Origin: Chlorobiota bacterium
Lineage (GTDB): Bacteria; Bacteroidota; Ignavibacteria; OLB7
NCBI GenBank assembly: GCA_016700335.1
Contig: CP065014.1
Location: 1,883,788 to 1,947,787, forward strand
Direction of reading: 5' to 3'
DNA: 64,000 nucleotides
In this document: positions 19,759 to 29,666 of the stretch, piece by piece
How the letters are laid out: the number at the start of each line of letters is the position of its first letter
How positions within the stretch are numbered: position 1 is the stretch's first letter
The notes under the pieces: generated by a model
The model's input: only the letters and a program-made list of their open reading frames with translations
What the model was told of the DNA's origin: nothing
The model's database searches: none
Position numbers and translations under genes: made by a program

Positions 19759-20670
19759 ATGTTTCTATTTTATTCTAAAGTGAAAAATTATTTGAAAAAA
19801 GTATTTGATTTATTTAAAAATATTTATTCCCATATATTAGATTTCTCAAATTCTACAACTGAACATCACATATATATGATGGCAAGTGGGATTGCTTTTA
19901 CAATCATTACATCTATAGTACCAACAATTTTAATAATACTTTTTGTGTTAGGGTACATATTGGATTCTCAAACGATTATAAACCAATTAAATATTTATGC
20001 AAAAGATTTTTTTGTTGTAGGATATAGACAAGATATTATTGATCATATTAAAGAACAGATTAATGTAATAGTTGATAATAGAGGAATTGCAGGATTTTTA
20101 GGAATTGCTGGTTTACTATGGACATCATCAGCATTAGCAACATCTATTAGAACAGGTGTAAACACAGTATTTAATTTACAAAACGAAAAACATTTCCTTA
20201 TTTACAAACTTTATGATATTTGTGTGATTATGATAATGGGAATTCTAATTTATGCTTCAGTTTTGATAGGTCCAATTTTTAAACTTATTTTTTCAATGAA
20301 TAATCAACTAAATCAATGGGCTTCCTTAAATTTAGTTAGTTCGTTTGTAAGTGAAGTAATAATAATTTTTAGTTCTTTATTTGTTTTTCTTTCAATTTTT
20401 AGATTTATGCCCTATAAAAGATTAAATAATAAAACCCTTTGGATGTCAACAATATTCAGCTCAATTTTATGGGAGGTTTCTAGAATTGCATTTGAATTTT
20501 ATGTTACTTCATTCAAATCATTTTCTAGAGTTTATGGAGTGTATGCTATTTTTGCAGCCTCTGCAATATGGATATATTTTTCAGCATTAGTTATGTTATT
20601 TGGAGCAGAATTATCTTTAATAATCAATAAAAATTCATTCTTAAAAAATAATTCTAAATCATATAATTAA
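19759..20670 (+). CDS. YihY/BrkB (ribonuclease BN-like) family membrane protein
   Basis: Six-TM profile with family-typical motifs ASGIAFTIITSIVPTILI, GLLWTSSAL and LFGAELS. Confidence 0.7.
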   Translation: MFLFYSKVKNYLKKVFDLFKNIYSHILDFSNSTTEHHIYMMASGIAFTIITSIVPTILIILFVLGYILDSQTIINQLNIYAKDFFVVGYRQDIIDHIKEQINVIVDNRGIAGFLGIAGLLWTSSALATSIRTGVNTVFNLQNEKHFLIYKLYDICVIMIMGILIYASVLIGPIFKLIFSMNNQLNQWASLNLVSSFVSEVIIIFSSLFVFLSIFRFMPYKRLNNKTLWMSTIFSSILWEVSRIAFEFYVTSFKSFSRVYGVYAIFAASAIWIYFSALVMLFGAELSLIINKNSFLKNNSKSYN

Positions 20671-20809
20671 TACTTATTTTAATGAATTAGAATTTGTTTT
20701 TTATAACTGTAGAATTTTTTCAATCAATATTTCAAAACACTTACTTTGTTGTTATAATCAGTTACAAAAATTTGTTTTATCAAATTAAACAGAAAACTTA
20801 AATTTAGAG

Positions 20810-21400
20810 ATGAAAGATTTTAGCAAAATTAAAAAACATGTTTTAGACAAACTCAAAAAAGAGTTACCAATGGATTTGTATTATCATGGAATGCACCATA
20901 CATTATCTGTTGTAGATTCTATTAACATAATTTGTGAACATGAAAAAATTACTTCAAATGAATTATTCCTTCTAAATGTTGGAGGACTTTATCACGATAT
21001 TGGGTTTGTACATGTTTACAAAAATCATGAAGAAGAGGGTTGCAAAATAGCTAAGGAAGAGCTCCCAAAGTTTGGTTTATCTGATGATGAGGTTAATATT
21101 GTTTGTGGTTTGATAATGGCTACTAAAATTCCACAAAGTCCAAAAACTCATTTAGAACAAATTATTGCTGATGCAGATTTAGAATATTTAGGTACTGCAG
21201 ATTATTGGGATGTTGGAAGAACTCTTTTTGATGAATTAAAAATTTACATGGATGTTTCAAATGAATCTCAGTGGAACATTATTCAAATGAATTTTTTAAA
21301 AAAACATCAATATTTTACTGATTTTTGTAAGATGTATAGAGAGCCAAAGAAAAAAGAATATTTAGAACAAATAATTAAGATTGTTGAAAATCCTGATTAA
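20810..21400 (+). CDS. HD-domain phosphohydrolase
   Basis: YHGMHHTLSVV ... GLYHDIGF ... IADADLEYLG (H..HD..D metal-binding pattern). Confidence 0.7.
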   Translation: MKDFSKIKKHVLDKLKKELPMDLYYHGMHHTLSVVDSINIICEHEKITSNELFLLNVGGLYHDIGFVHVYKNHEEEGCKIAKEELPKFGLSDDEVNIVCGLIMATKIPQSPKTHLEQIIADADLEYLGTADYWDVGRTLFDELKIYMDVSNESQWNIIQMNFLKKHQYFTDFCKMYREPKKKEYLEQIIKIVENPD

Positions 21401-21885
21401 TTCGATTTAACTTTTTCATTAGCATTTCTTAATCTTTTGCTAAGCATTTTTATAATACCCTTTGCAACTTCCACCCTTGTATCCATTAATTCAAATAAAT
21501 CTTCTTGATCTAATTTCAATAAGAGTGTATCTGTTATTGTTGTTGCGCTAGCACTTCTAGCTTCAGTATCTAACAAAGACATTTCACCAAAAAGATCTTT
21601 TTCTTTAAGAATAGCAACAACAACTCCACCCTTATGTATTTTAACTTCTCCTTTGAAAATTACATACATACATTGACCAATTTCACCTTCATTAAAGATT
21701 AAGCTATTAGCTTCCAATTCTAGTTCTTCTAAAATTTCACTCACCTCCACTAAAACATTTGTTGGAGTTTCAGAAAAAATGTCTAATGATTTTAAAGTTA
21801 GAATTTTTTCAATTTGTAATAATCTCTCACTTGAATCGCTTTCTTTTTTATGCATTTGAACTAAATTTTTATAATTATTAGGCAA
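21397..21885 (-). CDS. Cyclic-nucleotide-binding (cNMP/CAP-effector) domain protein
   Basis: FNEGEIGQCMYVIFKGEVKIH...LFGEMSLLD..ARSASATT is the canonical cNMP-binding cassette. No DNA-binding HTH follows. The start overlaps the upstream gene's stop by 8 bp. Confidence 0.8.
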   Translation of the reverse strand: MPNNYKNLVQMHKKESDSSERLLQIEKILTLKSLDIFSETPTNVLVEVSEILEELELEANSLIFNEGEIGQCMYVIFKGEVKIHKGGVVVAILKEKDLFGEMSLLDTEARSASATTITDTLLLKLDQEDLFELMDTRVEVAKGIIKMLSKRLRNANEKVKSN

Positions 21886-24655
21886 TACTCATTGCAGTCT
21901 CTTTAATTAAATTATCACTACTTAAAGTTAAGAAATCTATATACTCATTTTTATTATTCCCATGATATTCGTTTAGAGAATAAGTACATGCTGCTTTAGT
22001 CCATCTATCAAAAAAATATATTTCATCATAAATTATGATTTGGAATATATCATTTTCTGTATATGATGAATTTGATTTATCATTAAATTTCAAACTTTTA
22101 ATTTTCATATCATTAGGTTCAAATAATTCAATAAATCTTAGAGAAATATCTTTATCAACTTCAATTTCAAAAACTTCTAATGCATTTGCAATTGTATCCT
22201 TTTTATTGTAATGAAAAGCAGTTCTAACTTTTTTTATTTTATTAGAATCATAAATGAATGATAGTATTAATAATAATACTTCTCTTAATTTTTCTAATTC
22301 ATATACCAATGCGTCTAACAGATGATGCATTCCATCAGTTTGAGAAAGGAAATTTATCATATTAGTAATTTTAGTAGCAACATTTAAAGACTCTTGAATT
22401 AAATCATTAAAAAATAATTTATTATCTTCTTTAACTCTAAAATCAGTTATATGGAGAGCTTGTAAAATAGTATATCTATTTACTTTATCAAATTTTAAAT
22501 GTTCTAATAATACCTTAATAGATAAACTTGAATTAATATTCCCAAGAATGTAAATTAATTTTTGGTTTTGATTCTGAGTTAATGTATTTATATATAATAT
22601 CTTTTTAATTTCAACAACAGAATTATCACCTCCATTAATCAATGCATCGATACATATTTTTTCATATTTAATATCTTTAAATAATTTAACTACTTTTTCA
22701 ATTAAATACTTGTTTTTAATTTTACCACATGCAATTATACTTTCTTTCACAACTATAAATTCTTCATCATTTAAAAGTTTTAAAATTGGTTTGTAAAATG
22801 AATTTGTTTTTAAATCTCCTATAATTTCAGCTGCAGTTTTTCTTATTATAGTATAAGGTGAATTTATCATTTCAATTAATTTTTGTCCAGCAACTACAAT
22901 TGCAGATATTCCACCACTACTCATCAAACCGATAATAGCAGATTTTGATAATTCTATATTATCAGAATTCACATAAATTTCTGATTCATCAACATTTTCA
23001 GGTGTAAGCAAACAAATCGACTTTATTAAATCTGGGAGTATAAATAAATATGATTCATCATTTATCATTTTATTAATTAAAGGAACAGCATTAATTAATT
23101 TTAAATGAGTTATCAAAGCAATACTTTCTCTAATAACAATTTCATTTTTATTTTCTAACCCAGCAAGAACAATCTCAGATAATTCTGGTGTGAACCTTTT
23201 GCCTACTATGTTTAAAGTATGCATAGCTTCAGATTGATCACCAAATTTTACTTTTTCTAAAAAAACTGATTTTGTTCTCTCATTAGTAATATCTAGTTCT
23301 GATCCAAAGGAATATCGTTTGCTAATTGCTTTAACTAAAGTTCTAACATATTCATTTTCAATTAAAAATATTATCAGAATCCATACAATAATAAATACAA
23401 CTATTAAACCACTTAAGGCAATTATATTAAGTCCTTCATCGCTTGTTCCTTTTGTAAAATGAACGAATAGAAAAGAAATTATACCACTAAATACTAAAGC
23501 AAAAGGATCTACAACACCTTTAACAACAGCATGACTTTTAAGTCTTAGTTGCAAAGAAAGTGGCTGCATCATTGACAAAAAAACTGGATCTTGTATAGAT
23601 GTTTTAAGCATTTCAGATAAAACAGCTGCTAATCCAAACAAATATAAAGTTGAAGTAATTGAATTGTTATTACTTAATAATGAGTTTATTAAAATGTATC
23701 CTAAAATTAATATTAGAATAATTGGAGATATTAATAATGAGAATTTTAAACCAATTCTGTTCATTACTCTACCAGTTAGAACTAATCTTATTAATAATGC
23801 TAAAAGCCTACCAAGTGCAAAAAATTTACTTATAAATCCAGCAAGTTCAATATCTGTGTGAGAATGATGTTTTACTTCAACATAAAAACCAAAATTTATT
23901 AATGTAACAATTGTTATAATTATAAATGATAAAATTGATAAGTATTTTATTAGTTTATTGACAAAAAAATCTGATAATGAAAATGACCCTAATAAATCAG
24001 TGGTACCATGTTCCAATTTAATTTTATTATGATGTACATGTTTTACTTCAATGTCTAACTTACCAGCTTTATCTAAATTTCTGCAAACAAAAAAAGAAGA
24101 CAAAATGAAAAATGATGATACATATAATGCATTTTCTGTTGAAACATAATGCAATAATATTGGAACTACAGAATACCCAATTAATTTTGCAGGAATATCT
24201 CCTGCACCAATAATACCAAACAATCTTTTACTTTGCCTTATATCAAAAGTCAATGCTGCAACTCCCCAAAATTCTAAATTATTTAAAAGGTAAATTGCAT
24301 AATACCAACAGAACATAAAAAAAATGACCCAGGGAGATTGGTCATAAATTAAAAAGAATCTTAAAAGCAAAATACTAAATCCCATAAAGAGAATTACCCC
24401 TGGAGCAGTTTTCTTAACTGGCAATTTATGTTCTATTTTAGTATAAAAATATCCTATAACAAGCAACAAAGCACCTGAAACTACATAAACATTTGAAAGT
24501 AATGATGGTTGAAATCTATTAAGAAATAATGTTAAAGCGATTGTATTAAAAACAGCTACTCCTATTCCTTGTAACAATTGAAGTAAGAAAAATCTTGATA
24601 CAAGGAATACCTCATCATCATGAATATTTAACAATTGTAAAATTCTTTTTTTCAT
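21878..24655 (-). CDS. Multi-pass membrane protein (ATP/ADP-translocase/MFS-like, ~12 TM) fused to a HEAT-repeat cytoplasmic domain
   Basis: The N-terminal ~430 aa are hydrophobic helices resembling the TLC/Npt-type MFS fold. Residues ~470-720 show HEAT/PBS-lyase-like repeats (AGLENKNEIVIRESIALITHL; SPYTIIRKTAAEIIGDL; LLNDEEFIVVKESIIACGKI). The C-terminal ~200 aa are unassigned. Confidence 0.55.
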   Translation of the reverse strand: MKKRILQLLNIHDDEVFLVSRFFLLQLLQGIGVAVFNTIALTLFLNRFQPSLLSNVYVVSGALLLVIGYFYTKIEHKLPVKKTAPGVILFMGFSILLLRFFLIYDQSPWVIFFMFCWYYAIYLLNNLEFWGVAALTFDIRQSKRLFGIIGAGDIPAKLIGYSVVPILLHYVSTENALYVSSFFILSSFFVCRNLDKAGKLDIEVKHVHHNKIKLEHGTTDLLGSFSLSDFFVNKLIKYLSILSFIIITIVTLINFGFYVEVKHHSHTDIELAGFISKFFALGRLLALLIRLVLTGRVMNRIGLKFSLLISPIILILILGYILINSLLSNNNSITSTLYLFGLAAVLSEMLKTSIQDPVFLSMMQPLSLQLRLKSHAVVKGVVDPFALVFSGIISFLFVHFTKGTSDEGLNIIALSGLIVVFIIVWILIIFLIENEYVRTLVKAISKRYSFGSELDITNERTKSVFLEKVKFGDQSEAMHTLNIVGKRFTPELSEIVLAGLENKNEIVIRESIALITHLKLINAVPLINKMINDESYLFILPDLIKSICLLTPENVDESEIYVNSDNIELSKSAIIGLMSSGGISAIVVAGQKLIEMINSPYTIIRKTAAEIIGDLKTNSFYKPILKLLNDEEFIVVKESIIACGKIKNKYLIEKVVKLFKDIKYEKICIDALINGGDNSVVEIKKILYINTLTQNQNQKLIYILGNINSSLSIKVLLEHLKFDKVNRYTILQALHITDFRVKEDNKLFFNDLIQESLNVATKITNMINFLSQTDGMHHLLDALVYELEKLREVLLLILSFIYDSNKIKKVRTAFHYNKKDTIANALEVFEIEVDKDISLRFIELFEPNDMKIKSLKFNDKSNSSYTENDIFQIIIYDEIYFFDRWTKAACTYSLNEYHGNNKNEYIDFLTLSSDNLIKETAMSIA

Positions 24656-24831
24656 ATTAGGAGAATTTATTGTTTTTTAAAATATGAATATTAAAGAAAT
24701 AATTATAAATCAATTTTGTTAAACTCATTTATATTCTACTAATATTTAATGTTAATAATTTTTTAAATAAAATTTTTGTATCTATTGTATTCAAGTTACT
24801 TCTAACTAACAAAATCCTATTATCTTTGCAA

Positions 24832-25491
24832 ATGGATTCAATCGAATTTTGGTCCGTTTGTGCAAGCAACGGTTTACCACTCTCACAAGAACAAATGGCC
24901 TCTTTTGAAAGATATGCCAATGATTTGTTGTATTGGAATGAAAAAGTGAATTTAATATCTCGTAGGGATACAGAGCAAATTTGGTTAAGGCATTTATTAC
25001 ATTCTCTTACCCCAATATTAATGAAGTTTATTCCTGATGTAAAATCTAAAATTTTAGATATTGGATCTGGAGGAGGTCTACCTGGTATTCCATTAAAAAT
25101 TGCATATCCAAAAATTGAAATGATTCTATTAGATTCAATTGCTAAAAAAGTGCAAACAACTAGTATGTTAGCTTCTCATATTACTAAATTTGGATTGAAA
25201 TCTATAAGAAATCGAGCTGAAGAAATGCCAAATGATCCTAATTCAAAAATTAAATTCGACTTTGTTGTTTCTAGAGCAGTTGCCCCTTTGGTCGATTTAA
25301 TGAAATGGAGCAAGCCTATTTTGAAACCCGATTCTCCAATTGTAACACTTAAAGGTGGAGATTTAACAAATGAGATTCTTCAAGCTCAAACTAAATTCCC
25401 ATTAGCTAAAATTGAAGTGTTTGATATAGAGATAGAAGGGACTGATTGGTTTCTTACTGAAGAGAAAAAAATTGTAAAGGTGAATTTTTAA
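24832..25491 (+). CDS. rsmG: 16S rRNA (guanine527-N7)-methyltransferase
   Basis: FERYANDLLYWNEKVNLISRRDTEQIWLRHLLHSL and the SAM motif ILDIGSGGGLPGIPL. I prefer the ATG at 24832 over the TTG at 24826. Confidence 0.9.
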   Translation: MDSIEFWSVCASNGLPLSQEQMASFERYANDLLYWNEKVNLISRRDTEQIWLRHLLHSLTPILMKFIPDVKSKILDIGSGGGLPGIPLKIAYPKIEMILLDSIAKKVQTTSMLASHITKFGLKSIRNRAEEMPNDPNSKIKFDFVVSRAVAPLVDLMKWSKPILKPDSPIVTLKGGDLTNEILQAQTKFPLAKIEVFDIEIEGTDWFLTEEKKIVKVNF

Positions 25492-25575
25492 TTATAATTT
25501 TAACAATTCTTTGATTTACAAATATTGGTGTAGATATTACTTATGATAAATAAATTAATTTTGGAATAAATAAAA

Positions 25576-26373
25576 TTGGAAAACGAAAATATTTTAGATT
25601 CAGATGGAAAACTTGATTCTGAATTAACAAATGAGATGGGATTCTTTGATCATCTTGAAGAGCTAAGAGGTAAAATAATTAAATCTCTATTTGCATTGAT
25701 CTTGTGTTCAACTATCTGCGGTGTGTTTTATAGGTTTATCATTGAAAAAATATTATTAGGTCCTGCAAATAATGTAACACCACCGATAAAAATGCAAAAC
25801 TTTGAGCCAATGGGGCAAATTACAATGGCAATTCAAGTTGTAATGTTTAGTGGATTAATATTATCTATACCATTTATTATTTGGCAGTTCTGGCAATTTG
25901 TTAAACCTGGATTGTATAAAAGAGAACAAAAATATATAGGTGCAATTGCAATTGCTACTATATTTTGTTTTTTATTAGGAGTTGTTTTTGCTTACTTCCT
26001 ATTGATTCCAACTTCACTTGAATTTACTAGCAAAATTGAATTTGGAACAATTGAAAATAGGTTCTCGATATCTTCATATTTTAGTTTTGTATTAGGGTTT
26101 TTATTAGCTTGTGGAGTAGTATTTGAAATGCCAGTTATAAGTTATGCTTTATCTCGTTTAGGAATTGTTACTCCCCCTTTTTTAAGACATTACTGGAGGC
26201 ATGCTGTTGTTGTTATTTTAATTGTATCTGCAATAATTACACCTACTCCAGATCCTATCAACTGCTTATTTTTAGCTATCCCACTTTATGGGCTTTATGA
26301 GATTAGTATTTTAGTTTCAAAATTAGCATTAAAGAGTAGAACTATTTCAAATGTTAATTCAGATTTGGAATGA
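25576..26373 (+). CDS. tatC: Twin-arginine translocase subunit TatC
   Basis: FFDHLEELRGKIIKSL, six TM helices and the W.FV.PGLY motif (FWQFVKPGLYKRE). TTG start. Confidence 0.9.
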   Translation: MENENILDSDGKLDSELTNEMGFFDHLEELRGKIIKSLFALILCSTICGVFYRFIIEKILLGPANNVTPPIKMQNFEPMGQITMAIQVVMFSGLILSIPFIIWQFWQFVKPGLYKREQKYIGAIAIATIFCFLLGVVFAYFLLIPTSLEFTSKIEFGTIENRFSISSYFSFVLGFLLACGVVFEMPVISYALSRLGIVTPPFLRHYWRHAVVVILIVSAIITPTPDPINCLFLAIPLYGLYEISILVSKLALKSRTISNVNSDLE

Positions 26374-26439
26374 TTTTAACGATTTTAATATAATAACCTC
26401 TATTGTACTATTTACTTCAAAAGTTCGTCTTTAAATTAA

Positions 26440-27426
26440 ATGCCACTCAAAGAAATATCAAAACCAATAGAAATTTACTTAAAAGAATTTGACAAATTTT
26501 ACAAGAATTCGTTACGTTCAAAAGTATTTTTATTAGATGTTGTTATAAAATATATTTTAAGACAAAAAGGTAAAAAGATAAGACCATTATTGGTACTTTT
26601 ATCAGCTGAAGCTTGCGGAGGTGTAAACAGAAGATCCTACATAGCAGCTTCAATGATTGAACTTCTTCATACAGCCACTTTAGTACATGATGATGTTGTA
26701 GATGAAGCAGACGAAAGACGTGGGTTCCCATCCATTAATTCTGTTTGGAAAAATAAAATTTCAGTTCTTGCAGGTGATTACATTCTTAGTCAAGGATTAA
26801 TAATAGCAAACGAAAATGATGAATTCGGATTTTTAAAAGCTACTTCTAGAGCCGTAAAAAGGATGAGTGAAGGTGAACTTTTCCAGATTTATAAATCTAA
26901 AAGTTTGAATATTAAAGAAGAAGAATACTTCAGAATTATCTCAGATAAAACTGCTTCATTAATCTCAGTCTGTTGTGAAATTGGTGCTCTAAGTTCATCT
27001 AATGATGAAAATATTCAAATTGCAATGAGAGATTTTGGAGAGTATGTTGGAATTATTTTTCAAATTAAAGATGATTTATTTGATTATACTTCTACTCATA
27101 AAAAAATTGGGAAACCAATAGGTAATGATATTCTAGAAAAAAAATTAACATTGCCAGTAATTTATGCATTAAGTAAAGCAACTAAAACTGAATCAAAATC
27201 AATTATCAAACTTATTAGATCCTTGAAGTTAAATGATGATTCAAATGAAGAAAAAACTAAGATTGTTACTGAATTTGTAAATAAATTTGGAGGAGTAGAT
27301 TATTCAATTAAAATTGCTAATGAATATAGGCTAAAAGCTTTAAATGCTTTAAGTATATTACCAGATAACCAATCTAAAAATTCTTTAATTTTATTTGTTG
27401 ATTTTGCTTTAAACAGAGATAGTTAA
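26440..27426 (+). CDS. Long-chain polyprenyl diphosphate synthase (IspB/HepT-like)
   Basis: Two Asp-rich motifs, LVHDDVVDEADERRG and FQIKDDLFDY. Confidence 0.85.
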   Translation: MPLKEISKPIEIYLKEFDKFYKNSLRSKVFLLDVVIKYILRQKGKKIRPLLVLLSAEACGGVNRRSYIAASMIELLHTATLVHDDVVDEADERRGFPSINSVWKNKISVLAGDYILSQGLIIANENDEFGFLKATSRAVKRMSEGELFQIYKSKSLNIKEEEYFRIISDKTASLISVCCEIGALSSSNDENIQIAMRDFGEYVGIIFQIKDDLFDYTSTHKKIGKPIGNDILEKKLTLPVIYALSKATKTESKSIIKLIRSLKLNDDSNEEKTKIVTEFVNKFGGVDYSIKIANEYRLKALNALSILPDNQSKNSLILFVDFALNRDS

Positions 27427-27497
27427 CAATAAAAATATTTTTCAAATTTATTGCTTTTATAAACATTATTATATTTGTAAAAAATTAATCTAATTAT

Positions 27498-28370
27498 ATG
27501 CTTCTAAGATATGCTGCTGATCGGAGATCTATTGCTTTTATGATTATTACAACTACAATTTTTATAATCCAATGGTATTTAACCGATATCAATTATTTAT
27601 TATATTCAATTAGCCTTTTCTTTTCTGTTGCTGTAGCAATTATGGCTCATAATCATAATCATTTACCTATGTGGAAAAAGAAATATTTGAATGTAATAAC
27701 CGATTATTGGTTAACATTATTTTATGGTTTTCCTGCTTTTGGATGGATACCTACTCATAATAAAAATCATCATTTCTATAATAATAAATCAGGTGATTAC
27801 ACTATAACATATCGTTGTAGTGAAAAAAATAATATGGCAACACTTATGAGTTATCCTTCTATAAGTAGTTTTCATCAACAAAAGCCAATTGCAGATTATT
27901 TAAAGATGTTATTCAAAACTAATAGAACAGATTTCTATGGTGCTATTTTTCAATATGTTGCTTTAGGTGTTTTGTATATTCTTGCTTTTTATTTTAATTG
28001 GCACAAAGCAATAATTCTGATTTTAATTCCTCATCAGTTTTCTTTAATTAGCATTTTAATTTTTAATTATGTTCAGCATGTGCATGCAGATGAAGAATCT
28101 GATATTAACCATTCAAGGAATTTTGTTGGACCAATGTTAAATGCATTTTTATTTAATAATGGATTTCATACCGTACATCATGATAGAGCCGGAACTCATT
28201 GGAGTTTAACTCCAGATCTTCATAAAAAAGTAGCTGATAAAATTGACCCAGTTTTAAACCAAAAAAGCTTTTGGGGTTATATGATTAGAGCCTATGTTTT
28301 AGGTATTTTTTCCAAAAATTTTAAAACTGATTCAATGAGGTTAAGAAGATTAAATATAAATCAATCTTAA
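27498..28370 (+). CDS. Membrane fatty-acid-desaturase-family di-iron enzyme
   Basis: Three His boxes (HNHNH, HNKNHH, HTVHH) in a multi-TM protein. The substrate cannot be assigned. Confidence 0.65.
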   Translation: MLLRYAADRRSIAFMIITTTIFIIQWYLTDINYLLYSISLFFSVAVAIMAHNHNHLPMWKKKYLNVITDYWLTLFYGFPAFGWIPTHNKNHHFYNNKSGDYTITYRCSEKNNMATLMSYPSISSFHQQKPIADYLKMLFKTNRTDFYGAIFQYVALGVLYILAFYFNWHKAIILILIPHQFSLISILIFNYVQHVHADEESDINHSRNFVGPMLNAFLFNNGFHTVHHDRAGTHWSLTPDLHKKVADKIDPVLNQKSFWGYMIRAYVLGIFSKNFKTDSMRLRRLNINQS

Positions 28371-28416
28371 TTTATTCTTTTAAGGAATACCTATTTAAAA
28401 CATCACATATTAATAT

Positions 28417-29661
28417 ATGAAAGCAGCTATTTTATCTATAGGTGATGAACTTTTAATTGGGCAAGTTTCAAATACAAATGCTACCTGGTTAGGAATTGAG
28501 TTAACAAAATTAGGTTACATTATTTCTGAAGTAAGAACTATTGGAGATAATTTCTCACTTGCTTATGATACAATATCACTCCTTTCAAAATCAAATGATT
28601 TAATTATAATTACCGGTGGTTTGGGTCCTACTCACGACGATATAACCAAATTTGTAATTTGTGATCTCCTTAATAAATGCAAATTGAAAATTTTTCATTC
28701 TCAATTAGATTTTATAAAAAAAAGATTATCTGAAAGAGGTCATTTAATAAACGAAAGAAATGAAAATCAAGCCCTAATTCCAGAAAATTCAACTGGATTA
28801 TTTAATAATTATGGAACTGCTGCCGGAATTAAGTTTGTTTTAAACCAAGCAAGCATTTATTCTCTTCCAGGGGTTCCAGTTGAAATGAAAGGAATTTTTC
28901 AAGATTGTATCATTAATGATATTAAACTTAAAAATATTTCAAATAATCAACAAACTTTTGTTGCTGTTGGCATTCCAGAATCTATACTTGCTGATTATTT
29001 AATTGCATGTGAAGAATTAGTTAATGAATTTGTTTCTTTAGCTTACCTACCTAATTATTCTATGATTAGACTTAGAGTTATGAGGAAAAATGATTCTAAA
29101 GATTCTATCAATAGGTATAATAAAATAATTGAAGTAATTAATGATAAAGCCAAAGAATATATTATTTGGGATTTTGATGAGAAATTAGAAGTCATACTTG
29201 GAAAAAAATTAATTAAAAAGTCATTAACTATTTCTACTGTAGAATCTTGTACTGGAGGACTATTAGGATCTGCAATAACGTCTGTTGCTGGTTCTAGCGA
29301 ATATTATATAGGAGGAATAATTGCATATTCAAATGAAATTAAATGCAAAGAATTGAATGTTCCAATTGATATATTGGAAAATTTTGGAGCAGTTAGTAAA
29401 GAAACAGCAGAGATACTTGCTTATGAACAAAGACTTAAATTTAAAACTGATTTATCAATTTCAATAACTGGGATTGCTGGTCCAGCAGGTGGCTCTTTAG
29501 AAAAACCAGTTGGCACAGTTTATATTGGAATATCAACAAAATTTAAAACATTTTCAAAATTAATTTCTATGGGATTAGGTCGTGATTCTGTTAGACAAAA
29601 AACAGTTATTACTGCACTAATAATGTTAATAAAAGAAATTGATTTGATTGATTTAATCTAA
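28417..29661 (+). CDS. cinA: CinA-family competence/damage-inducible protein (MoCF-binding domain plus NMN amidohydrolase PncC domain)
   Basis: MKAAILSIGDELLIGQVSNTNATWL, ITGGLGPTHDD and C-terminal ESCTGGLLG...GIAGPAGG. Confidence 0.9.
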   Translation: MKAAILSIGDELLIGQVSNTNATWLGIELTKLGYIISEVRTIGDNFSLAYDTISLLSKSNDLIIITGGLGPTHDDITKFVICDLLNKCKLKIFHSQLDFIKKRLSERGHLINERNENQALIPENSTGLFNNYGTAAGIKFVLNQASIYSLPGVPVEMKGIFQDCIINDIKLKNISNNQQTFVAVGIPESILADYLIACEELVNEFVSLAYLPNYSMIRLRVMRKNDSKDSINRYNKIIEVINDKAKEYIIWDFDEKLEVILGKKLIKKSLTISTVESCTGGLLGSAITSVAGSSEYYIGGIIAYSNEIKCKELNVPIDILENFGAVSKETAEILAYEQRLKFKTDLSISITGIAGPAGGSLEKPVGTVYIGISTKFKTFSKLISMGLGRDSVRQKTVITALIMLIKEIDLIDLI

Positions 29662-29666
29662 TTTAG

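Noticed and set aside
21397-21400. Overlapping convergent stop codons (TTAA) of the HD-domain and cNMP-binding genes
   Set aside because: This is a common compaction feature in AT-rich genomes and is not evidence of regulation by itself. It is noted only as context in the cNMP finding.
24729-24920. 63-aa minus-strand ORF overlapping the rsmG start
   Set aside because: It overlaps the conserved N-terminus of RsmG on the opposite strand. The region is better explained as the rsmG 5' end plus the divergent promoter region.
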